A stretch of 64,000 bases of DNA, from contig CAZFOO010000004.1 in the NCBI GenBank assembly GCA_964520585.1, positions 13,839 through 77,838 of the forward strand, given 5' to 3'. This document shows positions 37,455-47,700 of the stretch, piece after piece. The translations under genes and the position numbers were made by a program. Source of the DNA: an uncultured Bacteroidales bacterium. GTDB lineage: Bacteria > Bacteroidota > Bacteroidia > Bacteroidales > PUMT01. The notes beneath the pieces are model-generated. The model worked only from the letters and a program-made list of their open reading frames with translations. It searched no databases and was not told where the DNA came from. Positions within the stretch are counted from its first letter, which is position 1; every line of letters starts with the position of its first letter.

Positions 37455-39887
37455 ATGGATTATAAAGCAAAACAGGGGGACACTGACCTTTCTTTTGAGG
37501 ACTTTAAAAAAGAGGTGTTATTTGATTATAAACTCGCAAATATCAGCAGGAACCTCAGTATTATTGGAAGAAAGGAAGTTCTTACCGGCAAGGCAAAATT
37601 TGGAATATTCGGAGATGGTAAGGAGGTGGCTCAGATAGCTTTTGCCAAGCAATTCAGGAATGGGGACTGGCGGTCAGGGTATTACCGTGACCAGACATTT
37701 ATGATGGCTGCCGGCCTTTTTACTCCAAAGGAATTTTTTTCGCAGCTTTACGGAGATACTGATGTAGAACTTAATCCAGGTAATGCCGGACGTTCCTTTA
37801 ATAACCATTTTTCTACCCGGAGCATAAATGAGGATGGTACATGGAAAAATCTCATGGAACAAAAGAATTCATCGGCCGATATTTCTCCCACAGCCGGTCA
37901 GATGCCTCGTCTGCTTGGGTTGGCATATGCTTCAAAGATGTTCCGCAATCTGCCGCACCTTAAGGAATACAAAAATTTATCGGTGAATGGTAATGAGGTA
38001 GCTTTTGGCACTATTGGTGACGCAAGTACTTCTGAAGGCCATTTTTGGGAAACCCTTAATGCAGCTGCAGTTTTGCAGGTGCCAATGGCACTTGCTGTTT
38101 GGGATGATGGTTATGGTATTTCAGTGCCGAGGAAATATCAGACAGCTAAAGGAAGCATTTCTGAAGCACTTCGAGGTTTTGAACGAGATGAATCTAACCC
38201 CGGTATTGTTATTTTAAGGGGAGTGGGGTGGGATTATCCTGGTTTATGCAAGCTTTTTGCCGAGGGTGTAAAAATATGCCGGGAGCAGCATGTGCCCGTT
38301 GTTTTTCATATTGATGAAGTTACCCAGCCACTGGGGCATTCGACTTCGGGTTCTCACGAACGTTACAAGACATCCGAAAGACTTCAGTGGGAAAAGGATT
38401 ACGATGCATTGAAAAAGATGCGTGAGTGGATGCTGAAGATGAACCTGGGAACATCCGAAGAACTTGCCCAACTTGAGGAGGAGGCTTTAGAGGAGGTGAA
38501 GAATGCAAGAAGAGAAGCCTGGAGAGATTATACACGGCCGATGGTAGTAGAACGGGATGCATTGATCGAGATTATTGACAACAGAAGTTGTGTGTGTAAA
38601 AGAGAAGGTTATGATAAGCCTGGGACTATAACCGAAGAGCTGAAAAAGATTCCTGCACCAACACGAAAAGATAATTTCAGCGCTGCCCGGAAAATATTAA
38701 GACATGTATGTGCAGATTGTGAAATAAGAGAGAAGTTGCAGGAGGATCTTTCTAACTGGCTTGCGCGCAATAAGGAAGATAATGCATTCCGGTATAATAC
38801 TTTTCTGTATAACGAAACGGAATATTCCGCTTTGAATGTGGATCCGGTACTTCCCCGTTACGGCGACGATTCCCCCGGTATTCCCGGCAGGGAAATACTT
38901 CGTGATTTCTGGAACGAGGCATTGGTCCGCGAACCCAGGTTATTCATATTTGGTCAGGACACTGGTAATATTGGTGGTGTAAACCAGTCTTATGAAGGGC
39001 TTCAGAAAAAATTTGGTGAACTTAGAGTAACCGATACCGGAATAAGAGAAACTACCATACTGGGTCAGGGTATTGGAATGGCTCTTCGTGGCATGCGGCC
39101 GGTGGCAGAAATCCAGTATCTTGATTATCTTCTTTATGCTCTGCAGACCTTCAGCGATGACCTTGCTACCACTCATTACCGAACCCGTGGAGGTCAAAGT
39201 GTGCCGGTAATTGTTGTTACCCGTGGGCACCGGCTTGAAGGTATATGGCATGCAGGCTCTCCGGTAAGTATGATCATTAATTCAATACGAGGAGTTTATG
39301 TTTGTGTTCCCCGTAATATGACACAGGCAGCAGGCTTTTATAATACTCTTCTGGAAGGGCAGGATCCTGCTATAGTTATTGAACCTCTTAACGGATATCG
39401 TTTGAAAGAAAAAAGGCCTGAGAATATCGGTGAATACAGAATCCCGCTTGGTGAACCTGAGATACTTAATGAGGGCACCGATATCACCATTGTTACTTAC
39501 GGATCATGCGTAAGGATTGCTCAGGAAGCAACCGAACAACTAAAGGAGTTTAATATTTCAACTGAATTAGTTGATGTTCAGACTCTATTGCCTTTCGACA
39601 GGACAGATACAATTTTGAAATCAATTAAGAAAACCGGTAAAGTACTGTTTTTTGATGAGGATGTCCCTGGTGGCGCTACATCCTTTATGATGCAGCAGGT
39701 TCTTGAAGAGCGGGGAGGCTTTTTTTTCCTGGATGCTGAGCCCCGCACACTGACAGGGAAAGATCATCGTACCGCATATACTTCCGATGGTGATTATTTT
39801 TCTAATCCAAATTCAGAAGATGTGTTTGATATTGTCTATGAGATCATGCATAAATCAGATACTGAAAGATATCCAGCCCTGTTTTAG
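37455..39887 (+). CDS. fused 2-oxoacid dehydrogenase E1 component, alpha/beta subunits
   Basis: 810 aa. The N-terminal half is TPP-binding alpha-like and the C-terminal half is transketolase-like beta (GQDTGNIGGV, VTDTGIRE). Confidence 0.75.
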   Translation: MDYKAKQGDTDLSFEDFKKEVLFDYKLANISRNLSIIGRKEVLTGKAKFGIFGDGKEVAQIAFAKQFRNGDWRSGYYRDQTFMMAAGLFTPKEFFSQLYGDTDVELNPGNAGRSFNNHFSTRSINEDGTWKNLMEQKNSSADISPTAGQMPRLLGLAYASKMFRNLPHLKEYKNLSVNGNEVAFGTIGDASTSEGHFWETLNAAAVLQVPMALAVWDDGYGISVPRKYQTAKGSISEALRGFERDESNPGIVILRGVGWDYPGLCKLFAEGVKICREQHVPVVFHIDEVTQPLGHSTSGSHERYKTSERLQWEKDYDALKKMREWMLKMNLGTSEELAQLEEEALEEVKNARREAWRDYTRPMVVERDALIEIIDNRSCVCKREGYDKPGTITEELKKIPAPTRKDNFSAARKILRHVCADCEIREKLQEDLSNWLARNKEDNAFRYNTFLYNETEYSALNVDPVLPRYGDDSPGIPGREILRDFWNEALVREPRLFIFGQDTGNIGGVNQSYEGLQKKFGELRVTDTGIRETTILGQGIGMALRGMRPVAEIQYLDYLLYALQTFSDDLATTHYRTRGGQSVPVIVVTRGHRLEGIWHAGSPVSMIINSIRGVYVCVPRNMTQAAGFYNTLLEGQDPAIVIEPLNGYRLKEKRPENIGEYRIPLGEPEILNEGTDITIVTYGSCVRIAQEATEQLKEFNISTELVDVQTLLPFDRTDTILKSIKKTGKVLFFDEDVPGGATSFMMQQVLEERGGFFFLDAEPRTLTGKDHRTAYTSDGDYFSNPNSEDVFDIVYEIMHKSDTERYPALF

Positions 39888-40063
39888 ACTATCTTAGAAA
39901 CCGTGTCCGGGGATGAGGTTGTGGCCCCGGGGGACTTTGACAAAGGTGTGTTTGAGTTTGGTGATGAATAGTTAGCTTTTGGTAAATGGTTTTACCGGAG
40001 TGGGTTTTGTTCCCTGCTACTATTATGATCCTGTAAACTTCAATTGGTTAATGTATGAAATGA

Positions 40064-41539
40064 TCACTGATCATCCATTTCAATTTTCCTATCCTTCTTT
40101 TCATCTGCAAACCGTCTGATATTTATGTTGAATGATGCCATAAATATTGACATAAAAGGACTAATAATATTGAAGAATGCATAGGGAAGGTAACTTATGG
40201 TGGGTACTCCGAGAACGGCTGATTGTGTCGCCCCGCAGGTATTCCAGGGTATCAGTACCGATGTGACAGTGCCAGAATCTTCCAGGGTCCGGCTAAGGAC
40301 TTCTGGCTTCAATCTTCTTTTCCGGTATGTTTCAGCAAACATCCTTCCCGGCACAACAATGGATATATACTGATCTGATGCAGTAAGATTGAAAAATAAG
40401 CATGTGCCTGCTGTTGTCGCAACCAGTGACCCTGTGGTTTTTGCAAATCGCATTAGTCCACTGGTAATCTTTACAAGCATTCCTGCTGCCTCCATCACTC
40501 CACCAAAGATCATTGCCGTCATTATAAGCCAGATGGTATTAAGCATTCCTGCCATTCCTCCGGTGCTAAGTAGTTCATTGACCTGCGGATCACTTGTGGT
40601 GATGGATATTCTTCCAAACATGCTTTTCATGATCCCTATGTAGGCTGCTTCAGCGTAATTGTCGGCAATACCGGCAACTTGTTCGACTACCTGGGGCTGA
40701 AATATGAGAGCAAAGAGTGCTCCGAGTAATGTGCCGGCCAGTAAAGAAGGAAGGGGTGGAACTTTGTTAACTATGATGGTTACCAGAGCTGCGGGTACAA
40801 TAAAGAGGAGTGGTGTTATGTTGAAACTCTGTTCTATGGCATGCAATGTTGCCTCCACATTTGCAGCATCTCCTTCAGGTTGAAAAAAGAACCCTGCTAT
40901 CATGAACAGGATAAGAGTTATGAAAATAGAGGGGCCGGTTGTATAAGCCATATATTTGATATGTGTAAACAAATCTGTTCCTGCCATTGCGGGGGCAAGA
41001 TTGGTTGTGTCTGAAAGAGGAGACATCTTGTCGCCGAAATATGCTCCGGAGATAATTGCCCCGGCAACTATACCCTCACCAAATCCCATTGCATTGCCAA
41101 TGCCGATTAGTGCAATCCCTATGGTCGCTACGGTGGACCATGAGCTTCCTGTAGATACTGATACCAGGGCAGAAACCACAACACAAGCCACCAGGAATAT
41201 CACCGGATTAAGTATCTGCAGTCCATAATATATCATCGCCGGAACAACCCCGCTTAACAGCCATGTGCCTGCCAGGGATCCAATTAGGAGCAATATTATC
41301 ATCGAAGGCATGGCCGAACCTATGCTCTTAACTATTTGTTTCCTTACCTCATACCAGTTATGTCCCAGGTGAACAGCAATAATACTTCCAACAGCGGAGG
41401 CAAGTAATAAGGCTATCTGGTTTGCACCTGAAAGGGTATCATCTCCAAAGAAGTAAACGTTGAGAGACAACATGGCAATGAGAAATAAAACGGGGATTAG
41501 TGCCTGAACAGTTGATGGATTTCTGGAGTTTTTACTCAT
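40064..41539 (-). CDS. nhaC: Na+/H+ antiporter NhaC family
   Basis: 491 aa, polytopic, with an NhaC-like N-terminus and length. Confidence 0.8.
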   Translation of the reverse strand: MSKNSRNPSTVQALIPVLFLIAMLSLNVYFFGDDTLSGANQIALLLASAVGSIIAVHLGHNWYEVRKQIVKSIGSAMPSMIILLLIGSLAGTWLLSGVVPAMIYYGLQILNPVIFLVACVVVSALVSVSTGSSWSTVATIGIALIGIGNAMGFGEGIVAGAIISGAYFGDKMSPLSDTTNLAPAMAGTDLFTHIKYMAYTTGPSIFITLILFMIAGFFFQPEGDAANVEATLHAIEQSFNITPLLFIVPAALVTIIVNKVPPLPSLLAGTLLGALFALIFQPQVVEQVAGIADNYAEAAYIGIMKSMFGRISITTSDPQVNELLSTGGMAGMLNTIWLIMTAMIFGGVMEAAGMLVKITSGLMRFAKTTGSLVATTAGTCLFFNLTASDQYISIVVPGRMFAETYRKRRLKPEVLSRTLEDSGTVTSVLIPWNTCGATQSAVLGVPTISYLPYAFFNIISPFMSIFMASFNINIRRFADEKKDRKIEMDDQ

Positions 41540-42170
41540 AACCGGAAAATGGATGTGGTCGGGGTTGCTCTTTTATATTTGATAATATGGTTAAATTATT
41601 AAGGGCTGACCAAGATACGTATTTTTTATTTTTATAAGACTGTTCCGTCATTTTTCCCTGCATTCAGATTAATTAAAAATAATACCCCATTTATTGCATA
41701 CGGGAATGATTATCGAAAACCCGGACTGATTTTCGACGCCAATCAGAAATGTTATTAACAATTTGTTAACATAGATATATCACGGGTAAGCGATATTATG
41801 GCGCAGATAATCAGAGTAATAATAGTGTGCTTTTTTATTTTTGCGGACTAATGCGCAAAGTTATTAACAGGAAACTCATGTCACGTTTTTAAAATTTATG
41901 CACCTCTATACGGGAGGTTCTTTGTTATTATTCTGGCTTTATTCATTGCATGAGTCATCCATGTTTGCGCCTTGCTGAATCCGTGAGGTGAGATTTAGAG
42001 GCGAACTAAATATCATGTACAAAACAGGAGGATTGACCTGCGGTCGATCTCACATGCATTTGACTTTTCATTTTTGCGCAAATAAAACTTGGGTTTTAGT
42101 CGATTTTACATTTGATTACCGGTCTTTTTGGAAATACCCATCATCCCAGTTACTGAAAATAAATTTGCTG

Positions 42171-42536
42171 ATGAAGATACTTGTGAAATTTCCCGGTTTA
42201 TGGCTGCAGGATTCATCAGGCGCAGTAAAGATTAATTATGATGACATAGTTTATTGTGAGCACGCTTCGGGAGTTACAAAAATCGTGTATATATGCGGAA
42301 AATTTAAAAGAGTGCAGGTTCCTCTAAAAAGAATTGAAGAAAAGCTATGCAAACAAAAGTTTTACAGATGTCACCGAAATTACCTGGTAAATCTTGACAA
42401 GGTTGGTAATTATGATGAAAAGGATGAATTTCTTATCATGAAGTGCAGGATAAACGTGCCCGTTTCCAGACGCCGCAGGAATAATTTAAAGATCAGGCTT
42501 GGATTATCCTCTCCAGAACAGAATATATCTGCCTGA
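42171..42536 (+). CDS. LytTR domain-only DNA-binding protein
   Basis: INYDDIVYCEH...FYRCHRNYLVNLDKV...INVPVSRRRR is a LytTR domain. Start taken at ATG 42171; the track ORF extends to 41988 with no recognisable domain. Confidence 0.65.
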   Translation: MKILVKFPGLWLQDSSGAVKINYDDIVYCEHASGVTKIVYICGKFKRVQVPLKRIEEKLCKQKFYRCHRNYLVNLDKVGNYDEKDEFLIMKCRINVPVSRRRRNNLKIRLGLSSPEQNISA

Positions 42537-42770
42537 TTTTTTACCGCTAAAATACAAATATCAACCGTTCAGTTTATTTTAGGGTTGGTAATTTGGAAAT
42601 TTCCTGAAAAACATATTAATTTTATTAAGGTGCTTTCATAAATTGAATTAATTATTTCTGATACTGGCTAAATATAGTTTAATTATTGCATTGTCACAAT
42701 TGCACTATCATAAAGTCAGTACAATATAAGTGCGTTGTAAGTTTTATGTTATTCAATAACAAATTCGAAA

Positions 42771-43088
42771 ATGCCTGATAATCCAAAAGATCTGCTCAGT
42801 AATTCCATATTGCAGAAAACTCTTTATTTTCAAAGTGATAACGGGTTCTCCCTGATGGTCATGAAAAACAAGAAGCAGGAAGTACTTGCCGTTCCTCTGG
42901 TTAAAATTGAAAGGATGCTTCCTCCCGGTCTGTTTTGCAGGGTACACAGGAATTATCTTGTAAACATTAATGCTGTTTCCGAATTCCGGCATTACAGAGA
43001 TCAGTATTTTGCTTTTGCCTGCGGATACCGGATTCCGGTATCCAGAAGAATGAAAAAAATATTGATGGATAACCTTAATGTTTTATAA
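42771..43088 (+). CDS. LytTR domain-only DNA-binding protein
   Basis: 105 aa with FCRVHRNYLVNINAV...YRIPVSRRMKK. Confidence 0.65.
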   Translation: MPDNPKDLLSNSILQKTLYFQSDNGFSLMVMKNKKQEVLAVPLVKIERMLPPGLFCRVHRNYLVNINAVSEFRHYRDQYFAFACGYRIPVSRRMKKILMDNLNVL

Positions 43089-43185
43089 ACTTTCCACCGG
43101 CCCTTCTTTAAATTTTGGGTATATGTGTGAATTCTGATAATTATTTTAAATTGCAGGATTGTTAATAATCCTTATATTTTAGAAT

Positions 43186-44373
43186 ATGATCAGAATTACA
43201 ATATTTTTTTGGGCATTTTTTCTTTTTATCCTGCCGGTAAATGAGGCCAGTGTTCATAATAAAGACAATAACCATCCCCAGGATACCCGGGGTAAATTTA
43301 TTCCCTCAGGTTTATTGCCTGAACAAAGTTCCGGGAAACAAATCAAGGATAATCAGGATAAATTTATAGTTATCATGCATCCCACTGTTGATAATATCAG
43401 GACCTGGATATATCTTACTTCAGAAGGGATCTTACCGGTAGAACCGGATATTAAGCTTTTAGGAGTATACAGTGATCATGCTTCCTATGATTATTCGCGG
43501 ACTGATGATTATATCAGGATGAATGGTTATGATCATATTTCACTCCTGGGAATTGGATCTTCCATGGAGATTGACCACTTGTTTTCAGAAAATGTTAATA
43601 CGGAAATTTTCCGTATGGTTTTCCAAATGGCGAAGGGTATACTTTTTTTCGGTGGACCTGACATTCCTCCCGCAATATACGGAGATGAAATGAATCTACT
43701 CACAGTAGTAACTGATCCCCACCGTCATTATCTGGAGGTTTCCTTTCTTTTTCACCTTCTTGGCGGTTATCAAAACGAAGATCACATTCCATTTCTGGAA
43801 GAAAACCGGGAGTTACCCCTGCTAGGTATATGCCTCGGAATGCAGACAATGAATGTTGCCACAGGGGGGACTATGATACAGGATATCCCTTCTGATATTT
43901 ATGGTAAAAATAGTGTTGAGCAGGTGCTGGCTATGGATTCTGACCAGCAGCACAGAAATTACTATTCGGCATTTCGTATCGATCAGGATGTTGCTGCACG
44001 TTCATTCCACAGGATATTGGTAGAGGAAGAAAGCCATTTGGAACAAGTGCTTGCAGACAACCAAACCTTGCCTTATGTGCTTAGCTCCCATCATCAGGCT
44101 ATCGACCGGTTAGGGAAGGGATTCTGGGTTACAGCCCGTAGCAGTGACAGTAAAATTATTGAAGCTATTGAGCATGTGCGGTATCCAAATGTAATGGGTA
44201 TCCAGTTCCACCCTGAGGTGATTACTCTCTATGAACAAGAAAGTAAAATAACTTTTGCTCCGGGGGAAGATGCGGTCAATTCTTTTATTGACTTGTATCC
44301 GGGACCAGAGGGAGAGGAGTTCCACCTTAATTTCTGGAAATATTTTGGAAACCTGATTGAAAAAGGGAATTAG
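43186..44373 (+). CDS. secreted class I glutamine amidotransferase / peptidase C26 (gamma-glutamyl hydrolase-like)
   Basis: Signal peptide, LLGICLGMQTMNVATGG nucleophile elbow and GIQFHPE. There is an N-terminal ~150 aa of unknown function. Confidence 0.65.
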   Translation: MIRITIFFWAFFLFILPVNEASVHNKDNNHPQDTRGKFIPSGLLPEQSSGKQIKDNQDKFIVIMHPTVDNIRTWIYLTSEGILPVEPDIKLLGVYSDHASYDYSRTDDYIRMNGYDHISLLGIGSSMEIDHLFSENVNTEIFRMVFQMAKGILFFGGPDIPPAIYGDEMNLLTVVTDPHRHYLEVSFLFHLLGGYQNEDHIPFLEENRELPLLGICLGMQTMNVATGGTMIQDIPSDIYGKNSVEQVLAMDSDQQHRNYYSAFRIDQDVAARSFHRILVEEESHLEQVLADNQTLPYVLSSHHQAIDRLGKGFWVTARSSDSKIIEAIEHVRYPNVMGIQFHPEVITLYEQESKITFAPGEDAVNSFIDLYPGPEGEEFHLNFWKYFGNLIEKGN

Positions 44374-44466
44374 TCTATTTTAAAACCTGCAGGCAGTTTT
44401 TTCAGGATTAAATGCCAGCTTAAATAAACTATCGACTTCCCGGAATAACTAAGAAACTTTTTATTT

Positions 44467-44490
44467 GGTGATTTGCATCACCTTTTGCTG
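44467..44490 (+). terminator. rho-independent terminator
   Basis: GGTGAT-ttgc-ATCACC hairpin followed by TTTTGCTGG. Confidence 0.45.
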
Positions 44491-44746
44491 GTTTTGTACA
44501 TAATAAATTCTTTATTTGTAACAAAGATATTTCATTTTCGTATGTTAATTTAAACCGGCCTTTTGCGCCCTATTGTTTAACCCTGAAATATTATCCGGCC
44601 TTGAAAAGTGGACAGATGGTACATGATGATTATCCTAATCGATGCGGTTGCGGATTAATGACAATTCTTGTACTTGTTGTCGCTGTGGTTCTTATCATTC
44701 TCATCTGATAAGGATTTTATGTGTCATGGAAATTTAAACAAAAACG

Positions 44747-47700
44747 CTACATCGTCCTGTTATACATCACCGTAAATTTTTTGATCTTTTCAGTCATGGT
44801 TGAGGGAACACCTAGATCCTTTATTTTCCATGTCCAGTTGCCTCCGGAAGTTGATGGTGTATTCATTCTTGCCCCTTTACCAAGTCCCATATAATCCTGC
44901 ATTGGTATAATAGCCGTTCTTGCGGGCGATGCGAAAGCCATCCTGATCATTTCCCAGTGTAGCTGAGATGAACCGATCTTTTTACCGGCATAATCCTGTA
45001 ATCTCTGCTTGCCGGTTTTCCCGAGATCCCTGTCATACCATCCCCGAAGTGTATTATTGTCGTGTGTGCCGGTGTAAACCAGTGAATTTTTATTGTGATT
45101 ATGCGGAGCATGAAGATTGGTTGACATATTATGGTCAAAACCGAATTGCAATACCTGCATTCCGGGGAGTCCGAATTGATCCCTGAGGTCATAAACAGCC
45201 TGGTCGATATCACCAAGATCTTCTGCCACAAAGGGCATGTTAGGAAATTTCTCCTTAAGTGCATTAAAGAACTCCACTCCGGGTCCCTTGGTCCATTTAC
45301 CGTTAATGGCTGTTTTATCTCCGGCGGGCACTTCCCAAAAAGCAGAAAAAGCTCTGAAATGATCCAGTCTCAGCAGGTCGAAAAATTCCATATTCCTTGC
45401 CAGTCTTTTCATCCACCAGTCATAACCGTAATCTTTCAGTCTTTGCCAGTTATAAACAGGCATATTCCATAGCTGACCATTACTGTCAAAATAATCCGGT
45501 GGTACACCGGCTACTGTTTTCATCTTACCGTCTTCCTGCAAATTAAAAAGATCCTGATTTGCCCATACATCTGCGCTGTCATAACTTACATAATATGGAA
45601 TGTCTCCAAAAATCCTAATGCCTTTTTCATTGGCATATTTCTTAAGGGTTCTCCATTGCCGGTCGAATATATACTGGTTAAATCTTTCCTGTGAAATAAT
45701 ATCGTCAAATTCATATTTTGCCGTTTTAAGAGTTTTCTCATCACGTTCCTTTACCTTCGCCGGCCATCTGTTCCACTCTTTTTTGCCGAAATGTTCCTTG
45801 TATGCCAGAAACAAAGTATAATCATTCAGCCATTGTGATTCCCTGTCACAGAATTTTTCAAATTCGCTGTACAACCGGTGTCCCGTTTCTTTTCTTAATT
45901 TATTCCATGCTTTTTTAAGCAGATCCTCCCTGAAACGGGATGCTTTTCCATGATTAATTTTGCTGCTGTTGCGGAATTTGGCACTCTCCAGATCTGAATA
46001 ATTGATCAGTCCTACGGTATAAAGATGCCAGGGACTGATCAGAGTGGTATTTCCTGCAAATGCCGAGGGTGATGAATAAGGAGACCATGACTGTGCCCTG
46101 GTAACCGGCGAAAGGGGCAGGGTTTGCCAGTATGTTTGGTAGTTCTGGCTTAGAAAATCAACAAACCGGAACGCCTCTTCTCCAAAGTCGCCGATCCCAT
46201 ACTTCCCCGGCAAGGATGAAATATGAAGGAGTAAGCCACATTTCCTGTCCGAGGTTTTCTTTTTTCCCTTCAGAACTGCAACCGGTAGTCCGCCGAACAG
46301 ATCAGAAACTTCCAGTTCTTCACTGCTTGATAAATTTTTACCGGTAAGAAGGTTCTTCCATTCTTCAGGCACACCCACTGGCGTTTTGATAAAGGTATCT
46401 TTCCATTTGACAGATGAGAAATATTCCCCATTTTTAGTGGAATTCATATTTCCGCTATTAAGGGGTAAAATGCACATTATCCATTGTTGCCTGTGTTTAC
46501 GGATAAAGCCGAATACTTTGTCTTTATACTTACCTCCCGGTTCAACCGGAATATAGTCCCCGTACCTGAAGATATCCGGATTGTTCTTCCTTTCACGCAG
46601 CAGCAGGTGTGTTATCAACTGTTTTATCCGCCCGTCAAAGGACTCTGAATAAAGATCACGGATTGTGACTTCGGGATCTGCTTCCCATTGCTGTATGCTT
46701 TTCAGCAATCCGTCATGTAGTGCATTGAAATCCACCGCCCTGCGGTTATCCGGGTCAACCAGACTCAGGTCCCATGTTTCCGTACCCCGGTAAATATCAG
46801 GCATTCCGGGGGCACAGCATTTAACAACAGTCTGTACAAGGGAATTAACTATGCCTCTCCAGACAAGTTTTCTGTGAAAAGAGGTAAATGAGTTAATAAA
46901 GAGATGGCGGGAATCAAGTATGGATCTGGCAAACTCAGTCACACCCTTTTCGTGTTTCTCATCAGGATCATCCCAGTTGCTTGTCTGCTTTGCTTCCCGT
47001 AGTGACTTGATCAGGTAATCCTGAATCCGCCGGATATATTCTTCATCCACCTTTTCGCTGAAGGGAAAAGTCCCGGCCAGGGTCTGGTAAATAAAATATT
47101 CTTCATTAAGGGTAGGAGCGGGCAGGCCACCTTCATTGCTGTTCTTTTTGATATCCCGGTTAATTTCAATCCATGTTTTTACCATCATTTCCCATTCACC
47201 AGCCAAATCGCTTATTGCATTGAGTCTTGCCCTTACATCTTCACCCCGCTTGGTATCGTGGGTTGCGGTGCAGTTCATTGCAAGCGGAGTGTTTTGCAGG
47301 CGTACATTCATGGCATTATGGAAATTTTCAACACTTATTCCACGTGCATCTAGCGCATCACCAACTTCATTATGAGCAATAAAGCAATTATACTGGTACA
47401 TGGATGTATCCTCAACACCTTTTGCCGTCAGGGGTCCGGTAAACTGCAGCAACCGCATGAAAAAATTGCCGAGAAGAGTGTTGAATTCGTCATCCCGCTT
47501 TTTGTCCACAAGTACAATATCTCTTAAAATAGAGAGGCTATTTTTTATTCCGGGGTTTCGTCTGATAGCCTGTTTGAAAATCTCGACAGTTAATTCCCGC
47601 TGTTCTCCCTGCAAAGGGAATTCTCCGGGGTAAATACGGTAAACCGGGAAGGCCAGCATAAATTCTGCCAGGGCCTGTTTCATTGTTTCCGGCGATAAGC

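Noticed and set aside
37455-39887. Fused E1 alpha/beta dehydrogenase without adjacent E2/E3 as a novelty.
   Set aside because: To my knowledge this fused architecture is common in Bacteroidota, so it is not reported as a finding.
41988-42170. 61-codon in-frame extension upstream of the first LytTR gene (ORF track start at 41988).
   Set aside because: It has no recognisable domain and odd composition (HMHLTFHFCANKTW), and the LytTR domain begins right after Met at 42171. It is kept as a possibility in the finding, not as the call.
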